From positions 4,216,001 to 4,280,000 of the forward strand of contig CM007989.1 of NCBI GenBank assembly GCA_002189035.1: a stretch of DNA of 64,000 bases. Reading direction: 5' to 3'. Source of the DNA: Utricularia gibba. Taxonomy: Eukaryota > Plantae > Magnoliophyta. The translations under genes and the position numbers were made by a program. Position 1 is the stretch's first letter, and every line of letters begins with the position of its first letter. Under the pieces are notes generated by a model. It saw only the letters and a list, made by a program, of their open reading frames with translations, was not told the origin of the DNA and searched no databases. Of the stretch, positions 1-12,669 are shown piece by piece.

Positions 1-770
1 AAATCCCCTTGTTGTGCTAAAGTTGGGCTGAGACGAGGTCCATGGTCTGCCAAAGAAGACGCTCTTCTTTCGAGTTACGTTCAGCAACATGGCGGAGGCC
101 GATGGCGATCCCTGCCGGAAAAAGCAGGTGACTCTCGCATTCTGCTTCTGATTCTGATTCATTCTACATGGGAGCGCTGTGATTCACGTCTTCTGTGTTG
201 TTCTTAGGTCTGCAGCGGTGCGGGAAGAGTTGCCGATTGAGGTGGATGAACTATCTCCGGCCGGGGATAAAGCGAGGGAACATGAGTGAGGCGGAGATAG
301 ATCTCATCGTACGTCTCCACCGTCTGCTCGGGAACCGCTGGTCGCTCATCGCGGGTCGGATACCAGGCCGAACCGACAATGAAATCAAGAACTATTGGAA
401 CACCTATCTCCACAAGAAGATGGCCCCATCATCGCTTTCGGAAAATCAGAAACCGACTGTCCGCAGATCACCTGGTGAACCCAATAACAATAATCAAAGT
501 GATACTCCGAGGACTACCCTTTATGCCCCTAAAGCAGTACGGATTTCTTCCCCGACCAGCATCTCCAGAAAGGTGGAACCGCCGCCTCCCCCGCCACCGG
601 TAACACCGCCGCCTCCCCCGCCACCGGTAACACCGCCGCCGCCACCACTGTCGCTTGATGGTATGCAGGAAGATTTACTGGGTCTGGGTTGGAGAATGCT
701 GCCGGGAGTTTCCGATGGCGAGGTGATGCTAGAGAAGGTGTACGACGAGTACTTGCAGCTTCTTTATTAA
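1..770 (+). CDS. R2R3-MYB transcription factor, MYBPA1 (proanthocyanidin-activator)-like; the first codons lie just before the window. Exons <1-127, 208-770
   Basis: Spliced translation [20 protein letters not shown]...[19 protein letters not shown]...WNTYL. bHLH-interaction motif [27 protein letters not shown] motif and C-terminal [13 protein letters not shown], as recalled for the PA1-type clade. GT..AG intron 128-207. Confidence 0.9.
578..640 (+). repeat. Perfect 27-bp tandem repeat (2 full copies plus a partial) encoding PPPPPPPVT
   Basis: accgccgcctcccccgccaccggtaac at 578-604 and 605-631, then accgccgcc. Confidence 0.95.
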
Positions 771-3310
771 TCGATCTCGCTCTTTTACCTTCACTTCATC
801 TCCCCTTTCAAAAAAAAAAAAAAAACATTTTCAATCATTTGATATTATAATAAAACTAGTGCACATTTTCATTATTTCAACTATAGCCGTGTTTTAAATT
901 TTATAATATTAAAAAAATAAAAATAGAAATTCAATTATGAGTTATTTTTTAAAATTAAGATGTTTTTTGAGGATGAAATCGATAGAAATAATAATAAATC
1001 TCAAAAGTAAAAAAAACGTTAATTTTGATTTCTAACATGAATACATTATAAATTCAAAAAGGTTATTTTTTATTCAATTAGAAGTAAAAACTAAATAATG
1101 TTTCAAAAGTAAAAATAGCCTCCAAACATTTTCCAAATCATTACAGTATTATTCGTTTTATTAATTTATTAAAATAATTCTATTTAGGATATGTTTACTG
1201 TGCCTCCGAAAAACAACTCTTAAAAAATTATTCTAAAATCTTTTCCGTTTTTATTGGAGCATGGATTCATCATCTTCTCAAAAAAAAAAAAAAAATCAAA
1301 ATAATTTACTATTTTATCTTCATATGAACATAACCAGCACTTGTTTTGTTTGAGAATAAATTCGAGCTACACAAAAAATATTCTTAATTTTTTAAGATTT
1401 TAATCTTTAATCGTTTTATAGTAAAATCAGAAATAGATTCCATGATTAACTTTAGAAATTATTGAATTTAATAAATCTATATTTCAAAGACTAAATAAGA
1501 GATTAATTAAAAAATTATACTATTTATTTTTTTTATCTATTCTAAAAATACATTTGTATCATAATATTAAGTTATATAATAATTTAATTTATTAAACTTT
1601 ACAATATATATTATTTTAATAGATTTTATAATATAATTTTATATTATCTTACAAAATAGTTTTACAATGATTCAATTTCACTTAATGGACAACTATCATT
1701 CGGAGCAGCTAACCTTACACAAGAACTCTATTGCAATCATTCATTTTCTCATCCTTGTCGCCTATGGCCTGAATGCAATAGGTTATATGGGATATGGATA
1801 GTCATAATCTAAAAAATAATTTTATTTTACATAATTTGAAATACAGTTTCAAATTACAAAATAATGACTTACTTATATTGAAATAATAAGTTGAGATTAT
1901 GGATATTAATTTTTTACATGAATTTTTAACCGAATTAAAAATGATTATATAATAAATAAAATCTCATTATTTTAGTATCATAAGCTCGAACAGGTTGCCC
2001 ATTTGTATGTCTTTGCGGAGGACACGTCACGCATTGGGAAACCCTAAATTTATTATTATTTGGCTATTAAAAATAAAAGGGACCACAAGGCCAAGAAATT
2101 GAAGACAGGCCACTGTCGTTTACTGTCGTCGGTGGTCACGTCCCCACGTACTTTTCAAGTTTCAACGGCGTGCGTTATTTTGAGGGATTTAAATTTCGAA
2201 AATTATATTCGTAAAATCGAAATTTTGTTTTTTTTTAATATTTTATTAGAACATAGAAATCGGTGAAATCCATTGGCTGGTAAAGGAGTGGGCTTTGAAT
2301 CAATGGGGGGACTGCCTTTCATGATTTTTTTTTAATTATTTTTATAATACACATATATACATAAAATGATTTCACAAAAAATATAAATATGTTTAAAATA
2401 TATAATAAAGAAAAAATAAGCAATAAAGGTCATAAAATTGATATCGAAAGACCTCCACATTCCCGATACGAAGACACTTCCAAAGATAGATGCACTCACT
2501 TCATGTGAATCATGTGTGTGAATGAGACTCTTATTCAAAAGGAAATAGACGTGATGAGGTTACTAACTGCTCAAGAGTCAAGATCCTACCGAATAAATAT
2601 GACACATTGACCGTGTTCTATAAATTTTGGAGATTTTAATTTTATTTTGTTATGTGACAAAATTAAAAATGAAGGTTTTACGATTAATTTTAAAAAGTAT
2701 TGAGTTTTCGTTTTAATGATAAAATAAGATATTAATTAAAAATTATATTATTTACTTTATATATACTTTAAAATATATATTTATATTATCAACTTAAATT
2801 ATACCATAATTTAATTTATTAAAAATTAAAGTATATAATTCAATATATTAAAATTTATAAGAGCATCTTTAATGATGATTTCTGGAAATGCTGACATGAT
2901 TTTACGAAAATTATTTTTATTTTTACGAAAATCATTTTTATTTTGAGTTATATGCTACGGAAATCATTTTGAAGAAACTCAGTTTCTTTATGAAAACTCA
3001 ATAACATAAACCACGTCTATTACTTGATTAAACATGATATAGTATACATGATTGACTTCACGTTTTTATGGTTTATCATAACTTTAAAATAAGGTCATCT
3101 TTCGAAAATACAATAAAACTTTATAGAACGATCAATTTTTATGGGTCAACATCAATATATGATAATACAATTGATAAAACTGTGAAATTTAATTTACATT
3201 ATTTTGTTTCTACGTAAGAATAAACTACTATACTTAGGAACTATAGCGCGGCGTAATTATTGAAAATTAAAGCAGAATAATTGAATAAAAACTAATTAAA
3301 ATATAAAGGC

Positions 3311-3395
3311 CATGTGCATGGGCCGGCTGTACCGATGGAAAGCCGAAGAAGACACACAGACGTCACGTCTCGTCACGTGATCGATGCCATGCGCG
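3311..3395 (+). promoter_or_regulatory. ACGT/G-box cluster plus RY-like element upstream of the fucosidase
   Basis: cgtcacgt repeated at 3361 and 3371, CACGTG at 3374-3379, catgtgcatg at 3311-3320; about 420 bp upstream of ATG 3799. Confidence 0.4.
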
Positions 3396-3798
3396 ACGCC
3401 TGGAGGAAAGCGGTTGTCTCAATTCGAGATGGGACCCACAAAAATTATTCTCAAAATGAATGTTAATAAATTTAACACGTCATCATCAAAACATGTAATT
3501 AATCTTTTTTGTACTGACTTGCATTAAGTAAAATATTATGAAATAAAAAATAATTATGTAAAATTTAATATTTTTAATATTTCAAAATTACTGAATAAGT
3601 GATCGATTGGGAATGAAGACCACTTTCAAAACATCGGGGCGATCGGAGAAATCGAGCTGGAAGGTAGACAGCATTCATGAGAGTGTTTGATGGCTTGGAG
3701 GTTGGGTAACGGCGGTGAGTTTGTGAGGAATGCTTATTGATTTGGGTATGGGTTGATTGTTTGGAGGTTCGGATTCCATTGATGCAAGCTCATGATCC

Positions 3799-5346
3799 AT
3801 GGCTGCACAGTCGTCATCTTTCTCCTTCTTTTTCTGGTTTTTGGTGGTGTATCGGTTGTCTTCTTCAATTTGCATTGGTGTCCAAGTGGAAAGGGCGGTT
3901 CCGCCGTTGCCGGTCCTCCCATTGCCTTCTTACTCGCAGCTCAAATGGCAGCAACGGGAGATCATCATGTTCCTTCACTTCGGGGTCAACACCTTCACCG
4001 ATTCTGAGTGGGGGACCGGCAGCGAGTCGCCCGCCGTTTTCAATCCGACCGGGCTCAATGCCACCCAGTGGGTCGAGACTGCCTCCGCCGCAGGCGTTTC
4101 GTTGATGATTCTCACTGCCAAGCACCATGATGGGTTCTGTCTTTGGCCCTCCAAGTACACCGATCATTCGGTGACCGGGAGCCCGTGGAAGCATGGCCAT
4201 GGAGACGTGGTTCGAGAATTCACCGCCGCAGCTGCTGACCGGCAAATCGATATAGGACTGTATCTTTCCCCGTGGGACCGCCATGATGAGAGATACGGCC
4301 ATATAAAGGCGTACAATGAATACTACTTGGCTCAGCTGCAGGAGCTTCTCCGAGGTTATGGAAGTGTACACGAGATATGGTTTGATGGAGCAAAGGGAGC
4401 TAACGCGACAAACATGACCTACTACTTCGATGATTGGTTTTCAATGTCGAAGGAACTTCAGGGTGCGATCAACATATTCTCGGACGCCGGACCCGGAATC
4501 CGGTGGATCGGAAACGAGAAGGGTCACGCCGGAGAGACATGCTGGTCCACTATCAATGCAACAGCATTATCAATAGGCAATGCAAGTATCGAAAGGTAGG
4601 TCTTTGTAGTTGTCCTCTAACTCTTTTTAAAAAGCAGTCTTCCAACTGTTTGATCAAATTCCCAGTTACATACACACCGGAGATCCTAGGGGGAGAACTG
4701 GATACCGCCGGAGTGCGATGTTTCAATCAGGAAAGGCTGGTTTTGGCACAAGTCGGAATCGCCAAAGAAGCTAAGTGAACTACTTGACACATACTATAAA
4801 TCTGTGGGCCGGAACTGCGTGCTGTTGATCAATGTTCCTCCGAATTCAACCGGACTGATATCCGAATCAGATGTAGAAAGGATGAAGGAGCTCAGGGGAG
4901 CAATCAACACCATATTTTCGAGAAACTTGGCAGAGAATTGCTCTGTTAATGCAAGCAGTCAGAGAGGAGGGGGAAGAGATTTTAGCCCCGAAAATGTGCT
5001 GGATGATGATCACCTATGGACTTTCTGGGCTCCAAGTGAAGAAGACGAGGAGGGAAACTATTGGATTGAATTGAGTGCAGGGAGTGGAAAGATCCATTTC
5101 AACGTTGTCCGGATTCAGGAAGCGATCGGATTAGGACAAAGGATTCAGAGACATGAAATTCATGTGGATGGAGTCAAAGTTGTGGAAGAAACTACTGTAG
5201 GGTACAAGAGGCTTCATAGGTTAACAAACAGAGAACTATGTGGATCCAATGTGAGGATTAGAATCACCAAAGCAAAGAGCACACCTCTGATATCTTCCCT
5301 GGGGCTCTATTTTGATCCTTTTTGGAACTCAACAAACGATCAATGA
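3799..5346 (+). CDS. FUC1: Alpha-L-fucosidase 1 (GH29), secreted. Exons 3799-4595, 4666-5346; apparent -1 frameshift at G5 4689-4693
   Basis: Signal peptide; LPLPSYSQLKWQQREIIMFLHFGVNTF, LTAKHHDGFCLWPS, WFDGAKG, PPECDVSIRKGWFWH, SVGRNCVLLINVPP; C-terminal F5/8-like domain. Confidence 0.93.
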
Positions 5347-5678
5347 AAGGATCACCATGTATGAGGCTTTTAAGAATAAATTCATGAATATTGTTCATGA
5401 ACATGAATGCCAAGATTTTGCTTGTTGACTAAATGCATTCGTAATGATAATGTGCTTATGTGACAGAGGAGTTGAATGCATTCCTAGTCTTCTGCAGATT
5501 TGATGTTGATTATGGAATGGAGAACATTCCTAGTCTCCATATGCCTCTTTTTTCTGTTCTCTTAAAACATGCAAACCTTATGTAAAGTACAACTTCAAGA
5601 ATTGGCCTTTGCACCGAAATACCCCATATGTTTTCTTACTGTAGAGAGCTTGATATGGCAAAGGAGATTGCAGCAAAG

Positions 5679-6992
5679 CTAAGCATGGCCTTGGGACTGG
5701 GCATTCATCTGTTTCTCACATCTCCAAATGCAGTTAAGTCCGATAAGGAGCTCGGTTATGGCAGCCTCAGTCTTCTCTTGGTTTGCAAAGCACAGAGTTT
5801 GGAGTAGAAGGACATCGCTTTTAGGGACTGGACGCCGGTTCTCAATGCTTCTTTCACTGTGCCATAAGATCATGTTGTGAGCCAGCGGTGAGAGCCACAC
5901 CAGTGTCTTGTGCAGGGTATTTCTCCACTCAGCTGCAAGGACCTGGTCTCCTGCTGAACGTCGGCATCCTTTTGATCGAGATCTTAAAGCAAGACGAATA
6001 CTGCTCGGCAGCATTGTGTAGAGAGAATCCCTGGCAGTAGGCCCGAGAGCACTCGATGATCGCACCATCTTTTCAATGAGAATGATCAGGTTTGCATAGT
6101 GCAAGGACAGCGCCGTTGCTCCTAATGTGCCTGGGGGTGGTCTCAGACTCATGGAGCTTGGCTCCACAGAACTCCCTTCCAGGCCATGATTCGGATGCAT
6201 TCTGGTCCAAGGAGCGGATGCAGATTCGTTTTCACAGGGATAAATCAGTGCTGAAGCAGAAACACTTCGAAGCAGCGACGTGTGAAGGATATGCCCACGT
6301 CCACAAAAAGCAAGCTTGATTCTTGCAAGCGTTGTGAAGACACATCTCACCAGCAATGGGATAACAGATTCAAAGCTTTTGGACCACAAAGATTTCACCT
6401 TCAGGCTTTTTACTTGCTGTTTTTTCCAGAGAATTCTCTGCTGCAACTCGGTGAGCTTCCGCTCTTTGATTCCAGAGGCCCTCTCTTTAGATCCCGCCAA
6501 TCTCTTCAGCTCATTCTCAAGCACCGACAGCTCACTCATCTCCCTGTGTAAAGCAGCGGTTACAGCAACAAATCTTTCCATTCTCCTGATCATGGACCGT
6601 GTTTCCCTTGATTCCGAAATCCATTGATATGGATCGTGCCCCGGATCGGCGAGACGATCGAAGACATCATCGAATGATCGGAAACTGAAATCCTCGCATT
6701 TTCTGCCCATCCAGGAAACTGATCGCGTCACGGACCGGAGACTCTCCACCATCTCCGCAAACGCCAAGCCAAGCAGAAACTCCTCGTCGTCTGAGACAAA
6801 GCGCCGAACACCTTCAAGACGTATGGATTCCGACCTGATACGAGCCACACTCTCCTCCGACGAGGATCGCCATATATGGAGAAGCTTGGACATTGAACCC
6901 GAGACTTCAAAAGCCAGCACCCCAACCACAGATCTCCGCTTCCTCTGAAACATGGCGCACATGATCTTGTCCAACCACGCCTCCCCCGGCAT
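5679..6992 (-). CDS. DUF3475/DUF668 domain protein (PSI / Avr9-Cf9-elicited 137-like family), intronless
   Basis: 437-aa ORF with VGVLAFEVSGSMSKLLHIWRS (DUF3475) and PPPGTLGATALSLHYANLIILIEK...RDSLYTMLPSSIRLALRS (DUF668). Confidence 0.92.
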   Translation of the reverse strand: MPGEAWLDKIMCAMFQRKRRSVVGVLAFEVSGSMSKLLHIWRSSSEESVARIRSESIRLEGVRRFVSDDEEFLLGLAFAEMVESLRSVTRSVSWMGRKCEDFSFRSFDDVFDRLADPGHDPYQWISESRETRSMIRRMERFVAVTAALHREMSELSVLENELKRLAGSKERASGIKERKLTELQQRILWKKQQVKSLKVKSLWSKSFESVIPLLVRCVFTTLARIKLAFCGRGHILHTSLLRSVSASALIYPCENESASAPWTRMHPNHGLEGSSVEPSSMSLRPPPGTLGATALSLHYANLIILIEKMVRSSSALGPTARDSLYTMLPSSIRLALRSRSKGCRRSAGDQVLAAEWRNTLHKTLVWLSPLAHNMILWHSERSIENRRPVPKSDVLLLQTLCFANQEKTEAAITELLIGLNCIWRCEKQMNAQSQGHA

Positions 6993-7861
6993 AGCTGACC
7001 CGCAAATGATCTTAAAAGCTGGCTCTTTCCTGGATCACAGCGGAAAACAGTGAGTCATCTCCGTTCGTTCTCTTGTGGGTTTTAACGACCATCAGAACCA
7101 AACACACACAGAAACATGGGCACGTGGGCAAAAGATCTTACAGTAGTGGCGAATCGCGAGGCAATGGAGTCGGGGAGATTTGCTTCTTCTCCACTTGGAC
7201 ACCATTAGCGGATGGATGTGCTTGTCTTGTAGTAGTGCACGTGAAAAAGTAGTCAACCCTCAGTCAAAGTATCATTGGACGGGAACTACGCCTTTGGAAA
7301 CGGAAGATTATCTTTAAAAGCATTTAAAATAATTTTATTGTAATTATTGCATAAATATTGTCCCAAAATTTAAAATAGTATCTTTAAATATTAAGATTTT
7401 ATGACACAATTTTCTCTATAAAATCATATTTGATAAAATTATTTACGACATTAAAAATGTGTTATTAAATATATCTATGTAATGTATTTTCAATATTCGT
7501 AATATTATTTGAAATATATATTTATAAAATTCATCTAATTCATTTGTTCACTTAATTCTAACGATTTTATATTTTACACTTTTAAGAAAAAAATATGTAC
7601 AAAATCAGAATTATCCCTATATTTAAATATATCCTCTCTTTCGTCCAAACCATGTGAAATTCTATCACCAGATCCTTGGTATTATATTCTACTCTTAAAT
7701 GTTGAGTACCCCCTCATTCCATAATTGACACTTGCTATGGTTTGGTTCTACATACTTTTTGCTTAATTATATAACATATTTATATTTTAAAATATAAATA
7801 ATTCAAATATATTAATAATAATAGATGCAACTACAATATTACAAATAAACCTAGTGACTCC

Positions 7862-7889
7862 CACGTGGACTTCCATGTGACGTGCGTCA
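7862..7889. promoter_or_regulatory. G-box plus inverted TGACG pair in the divergent DUF668/AVT1 intergenic region
   Basis: CACGTG 7862-7867; TGACG-TG-CGTCA 7878-7889, in an otherwise AT-rich spacer. Confidence 0.3.
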
Positions 7890-8710
7890 TTTCCCATTTT
7901 TTAAAATGGACAGTTAAAATTAGATATTTAATTCAAAAATAATAACCAATTTCTAATTCTAAATAGAAACTTCCATCATTATCATTAAATAGGAGAGATT
8001 TTTGCTCTAAAAAATAATTGAATTTAATTAACGTTTTTCTTTTTTTTTTTAAAGTTGTAAATCCAAAATTTCTCGTTTATCGCAATTACTTATGAAAAAC
8101 ATAACAAATAATGAAATTTTGATCAAAATCGAATCATTAGTATCCAATATGATAACATAAAATAAACCATTAAAATTGTAAAAAAAAATTAAGTTGAAGG
8201 ATGCAGATGCATGCATTAATAATTAATTAATTAGTATTTGTTATTGGGACTAGAAATAAGAATTAAATGGTTTTGAATAAGTTAAAAAATATAATTTTAA
8301 ATAAACACATGTACATGGTATTTTAATCTCGTGTTTATTTAAAATTATCGTCTTATAATTTATAATCTTATTTTGAAACTTATATAATCATAAAATTATT
8401 ATTACTATTGTTATTTATTTTTTTGCATGGATTCGTGGCAAAGGAACAAAACCTGCTGTTCAACTGCATCACTCCTTTGTGAAAAGTGAGGAGGCATGAA
8501 CTAAGCAAAGTGAGGAAGGCGCGGTTGGAGCAAGAATCATGCACAAAGCTCGTTCGGCATCTGAATCTTCTCCTCTTCTTTAGCAGGATGTGTCTCGATG
8601 CATTCATCATCCAGAATTAAGAGCTTTGGCGACATCTGCGTCTCCCCAGCTACGATATATATGGATCTCGGACGCCGCAGCCGCTCCTCTCTGTGCGGAA
8701 ATTTTCCTTC

Positions 8711-10214
8711 ATGGTCGACGACGTCCAGACGAGCGTCGCCGGAGAAATGGCGGACACCGCAGCCCGAGGTACGGACTTGGAGATTTCTGATGAAGGAAAG
8801 AATCTGCGCCAGAATGTTGTGAAAGCCGGGATTTCTTTCACCCAGGCGGTCCTCAACATGATCGGCATGCTTATAGGTACTCTGTGCTGATCTGGTTGTG
8901 AATTTCAGAACTGTGATTCGAGTTATGTGCGTAGGGTTGGGGCAGCTATCGACTCCATACGCACTGGAGAACGGCGGATGGGGATCGGCGTTCATACTGG
9001 TCGGGCTGGGGGCGGTGTGTGCATACACGTGTCATCTTCTCGGGAAGTGCCTGGACAAGAACCAGAAGTCAAGCGACTACAAGGACATCGGGCAGAACGC
9101 GTTCGGTAGGAAGGGAAAAATCATAGCCGCAAGCTTCATATACATGGAGATCTTCATGGCCCTCGTCTCCTACACCATATCTCTCCATGACAACCTCGCC
9201 ATTGTCTTCCATGGCGTCCATTTCAAATGGCATTTGGCGCATTTATCTTCCTCTCAACTGATAGCCATAATAGCTGTTCTAGTGGCGCTTCCCAGCCTGT
9301 GGCTCAGGAATCTGTCTTCGATCTCCTTCCTGTCGACTGCTGGGATTGTGATGTCGATCATCATTCTTTTGAGTGTGGTTGGGACGGCCATTTCTGGGAA
9401 AGTTAAAGCTGATCAGCGGATTCCGTTTCTGCACCTCAAAAATCTTCCTGCTATATCCGGACTTTACATGTTCAGTTTTGCCGGGCACATTGTCTTCCCC
9501 AACATACACGCCGCCATGGAAGATCCTTCAAAGTTCACTAAGGTATCATCCTAAATTAATTAAAATGCAGCAAACACTATCGTAAATTGAATCCCTTTTC
9601 AACATAAATTGTGAAGATGTGCAGAGATCATTTACTTGTATATATGTAATTACTATTTTAAATCCACCCAGGTGTCGATTGTGAGCTTCGCAGTGGTGAC
9701 GAGTATGTACACCAGTTTAGCCTTCATGGGAGCAAAGCTCTTCGGCCCTCAAGTCAACCCGCAGATAACACTAAGCATGCCACGGAACCTCGTGCTGACG
9801 AAGATCGCTCTCTGGGCAACATCCCTCACACCGATGACGAAATACGCTCTGGAGTTCGCGCCCTTTGCCATCGAGCTCGACAAGAGCCTGCCCCAGAAGA
9901 TGCACCCGAGGACGAAGACGATCATCCGAGGGACGGTGGGGTCGATTCTGCTGCTGCTGATCCTCACACTTGCTCTGGCGGCGCCCTACTTCGAGCATGT
10001 GCTGAGCCTCACCGGATCTCTCGTCAGCGTGGGTATCAGTATCGTGATTCCCTGCGCCTTCTACACCAAGATATTCTGGAGGCAGATTTCTGTGCCCTTG
10101 TTGGCTCTCAACGCGATCCTCGTCATCTTGGGAGTGGTCATGGGAGCTTTCGGGACGATTTCGTCTTCCAAGTCCCTGCTGTTGAGCTTGCGAAAAGGCC
10201 ACAGAACAGCATGA
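8711..10214 (+). CDS. AVT1H: Amino-acid transporter, AVT1H-like (Aa_trans). Exons ~8711-8876, 8935-9542, 9672-10214; start codon uncertain
   Basis: SFTQAVLNMIGMLIG|LGQLSTPYALENGGW, YKDIGQNAFG, YMEIFMALVSYTISLHDNL, LTPMTKYALEFAPFAI; about 11 hydrophobic segments; canonical splice sites. Confidence 0.88.
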
Positions 10215-10449
10215 GCATCAAATTGTCTGGCTCCCCGAGTGCTAAAAATCTGAACTTGGTCGTAGAACAAGAAGCCGATAAGCTATATTCTGGACCGTCG
10301 GCTACTTAGAATTTCCTGCATAATGAAATATTATTCTTCTTCGTTTTCCTTTTATATCGTCTAATGAAGAATTCTTGACACCTCTTAACCAAGGAAAGTC
10401 ATATTTGCAAAGTTTGTGACATGAGATTCAAATGTTAGCTTTCAGAGTA

Positions 10450-10980
10450 CTTTGGTAAAGAAATCTCCCACTTGTTCATTAGTTCACACGTAACTTAATT
10501 TTACTTCCCCATCTCGAATACTTTTACATGGAAAATACTCAAGGTTTGATAAAAGAGCGTCATCAAGACAATCGTCATAGGAAGTGTAAATAGTTGAAGG
10601 ATTACCAATTACCTTGCATGTCAATATACTATCATGTTTCAAGAGTTTCAAAACATATTTGATTTCATCAAGGCTTATAATAGAATCATCGCAGTAAATC
10701 TCCAAGCCAAAAAAACTAGTGCAGGTTCCCTAAATTAATCATAAGGAACCTTGCTTATATCATGGTTTTGATTTTATTCAGAGAGTGGTAGAATTCTTAA
10801 TAAGTAATATATCGTCAATTCAAAGTAAAGGGATAACCAAGGTATCTTCAATGTAATATAAAAATAATGAGTGATTTGCATTGCTCTTTTCAAATTTGAG
10901 TTCAAAAAGATATTTTGGAAGTAACCATATCCAAGATGTTTGCTTAAACTCATAAATACAAATTGTTTAATTGATCGCAC
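10450..10980 (-). mobile_element. Degenerate Ty1/Copia reverse-transcriptase remnant
   Basis: Minus-strand reads IYEFKQTSWIW...FEKSNANHSLF (cf. LYGLKQxxRxW...FxRSxxDHSLF) and MEIYCDDSIISLDEIKYVLKLLKHDSILTCKVIGNP (cf. LGMEI..GIxLSQxKY..LL..CKP..TP); stops and frameshifts. Confidence 0.55.
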
Positions 10981-12669
10981 ACAATTTTTTTTATTTTTAT
11001 TATAAAAAAATATAACTTTTTAATTATGATTTAGGTATTTATTTGATTATTTTAAATGTTTCACGAAAATTTATGAAACGTTATGATTTTGAGTGCATAT
11101 AGGCTAAAATTTTTTATTTAATATATTCTATGTTATTAACCTCTTTTTGAGCATCATAGCAGCATGGTCTTATGGTCAGGTAGGAGCTAGAAGACAACAT
11201 CTCTTGTAAGTACCCATTTTGCAGAAGTAGTAGTATAAAAGAAGGAACAATGAGTGCTGTTTGGCTGCAGCAGCATGCAAGTTAGAGACTGCAGCAATAT
11301 GGCTGTCACAAAGGTGTGCTTGCTTTGGGGAATGAAAGAAGAAGATATCTTTGGAGGAGAAAAAAAAATGGAGAGTACGGACACACACACAAGAGCTTCA
11401 GCAGAGAACACACATAAAACAGAGAGAAGCTCCGACAACACGATCAAGAAGGGTGAAGAAAGCGATTTTTACAGTAGTAAGACCTCAAACTTGAAGAATG
11501 GTGTCAAAAATCCAATTCAGAGCTATTGTATCAGATTGTGAATAATAGTAGATGAGAATCAAAACTATTTTTATTTTATTTTTAGATTGTTGGATATTTA
11601 GTTACTATGATTGTTTATTTTAGAATGTTTATAATACTTCAGTTAATTTATCTCAATGAGTTTGTGTTTTACCTCTCACATATGAGTAACTAAACTTAAG
11701 AATGACTTAAAGTATGAGAAGGATGATGTGGATTATGGTTCATGAAATAATCGATTATTGTATCATTAATTTTTATTTCTATCATTCCTATGATAAACCT
11801 AATGGAGAGGGGAAACAAATTGGCATAAATTGCTTTTATCATTGAAAATTAAGAAAATATTACTTGTCAAAAAACAATAGCAAATCGATCGGTTCATGAT
11901 TTGAAAAATCATGGTTGCATTGGAGTAATTTTAATTTATAATATTTAATTATGTAAAATATTTTTAAAATATTAAGATAAAATAATCTTTAACCAAAAAT
12001 TGAATATTCACAAAATAAAAACGAAATTAAAATGATAAATGGACGAAAATATGAAAAATCAAATAAATGGATTAAGATTTTGATTAGTTAATTAAATAAA
12101 TAAATACTTATTATGGAATCAATAATTAAAAACATTAAAATTAAAAAAAAAAAACAACGTATGGTGAATCTACATCAGATTCATTACACCTACACACCCA
12201 ATGCATGGGAATCACTTATTCTAGCAGATGTTGAAATAGAGTTAACAAATAATAGTGGAGAACAAGTTAATCTCACCCACGACTTTTCTATTAATTTCTT
12301 ATATCCTTCGCTTGTTTTGGATTGCGGACATAGATACTACATCTCATGTGTGATTAAATTCACACCTATTGAATGACCTCCAAAATCTTCCCTACTCAAT
12401 TTGTATTCCTACCAAATGATTCAAAAAAGTCTACCTAATGATTCATATTTCTTAGCTCCAAATTTTGCAGTCATTTGAGTTCTTCACGTTCCCTTATCAT
12501 ATTATAATCTCTTATTAATTCTTAAACTCATATCAAAACATAATATTAGAGAGGTTTTCCCAATTTTGTTTTCAAGAGCTTTCCTACATTAGTGATATGT
12601 TTTTTTTTCTGATCTATACTTGTGTATAAATAGTATGGTTGAAGCCAAAATGAATGTAGTTTTTTTGGC

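Noticed and set aside
208-420. MYB lacks the usual second intron (GNR|W) and has an A-tract ~40 bp after the stop: possible retrocopy
   Set aside because: Intron 1 is retained. Single-intron genes are, as I recall, normal in the MYB5/PA1 clades, and long A/T tracts are common throughout this window.
2545-2620. C-box-like GTGATGA (snoRNA candidate)
   Set aside because: No downstream CTGA D box or terminal stem.
11187-11880. ORFs 11254-11541(+) and 11187-11447(-); faint Copia gag-like words (QQYGCHK, MKEED)
   Set aside because: No convincing domain. Possibly a gag relic next to the RT remnant, but too weak to call.
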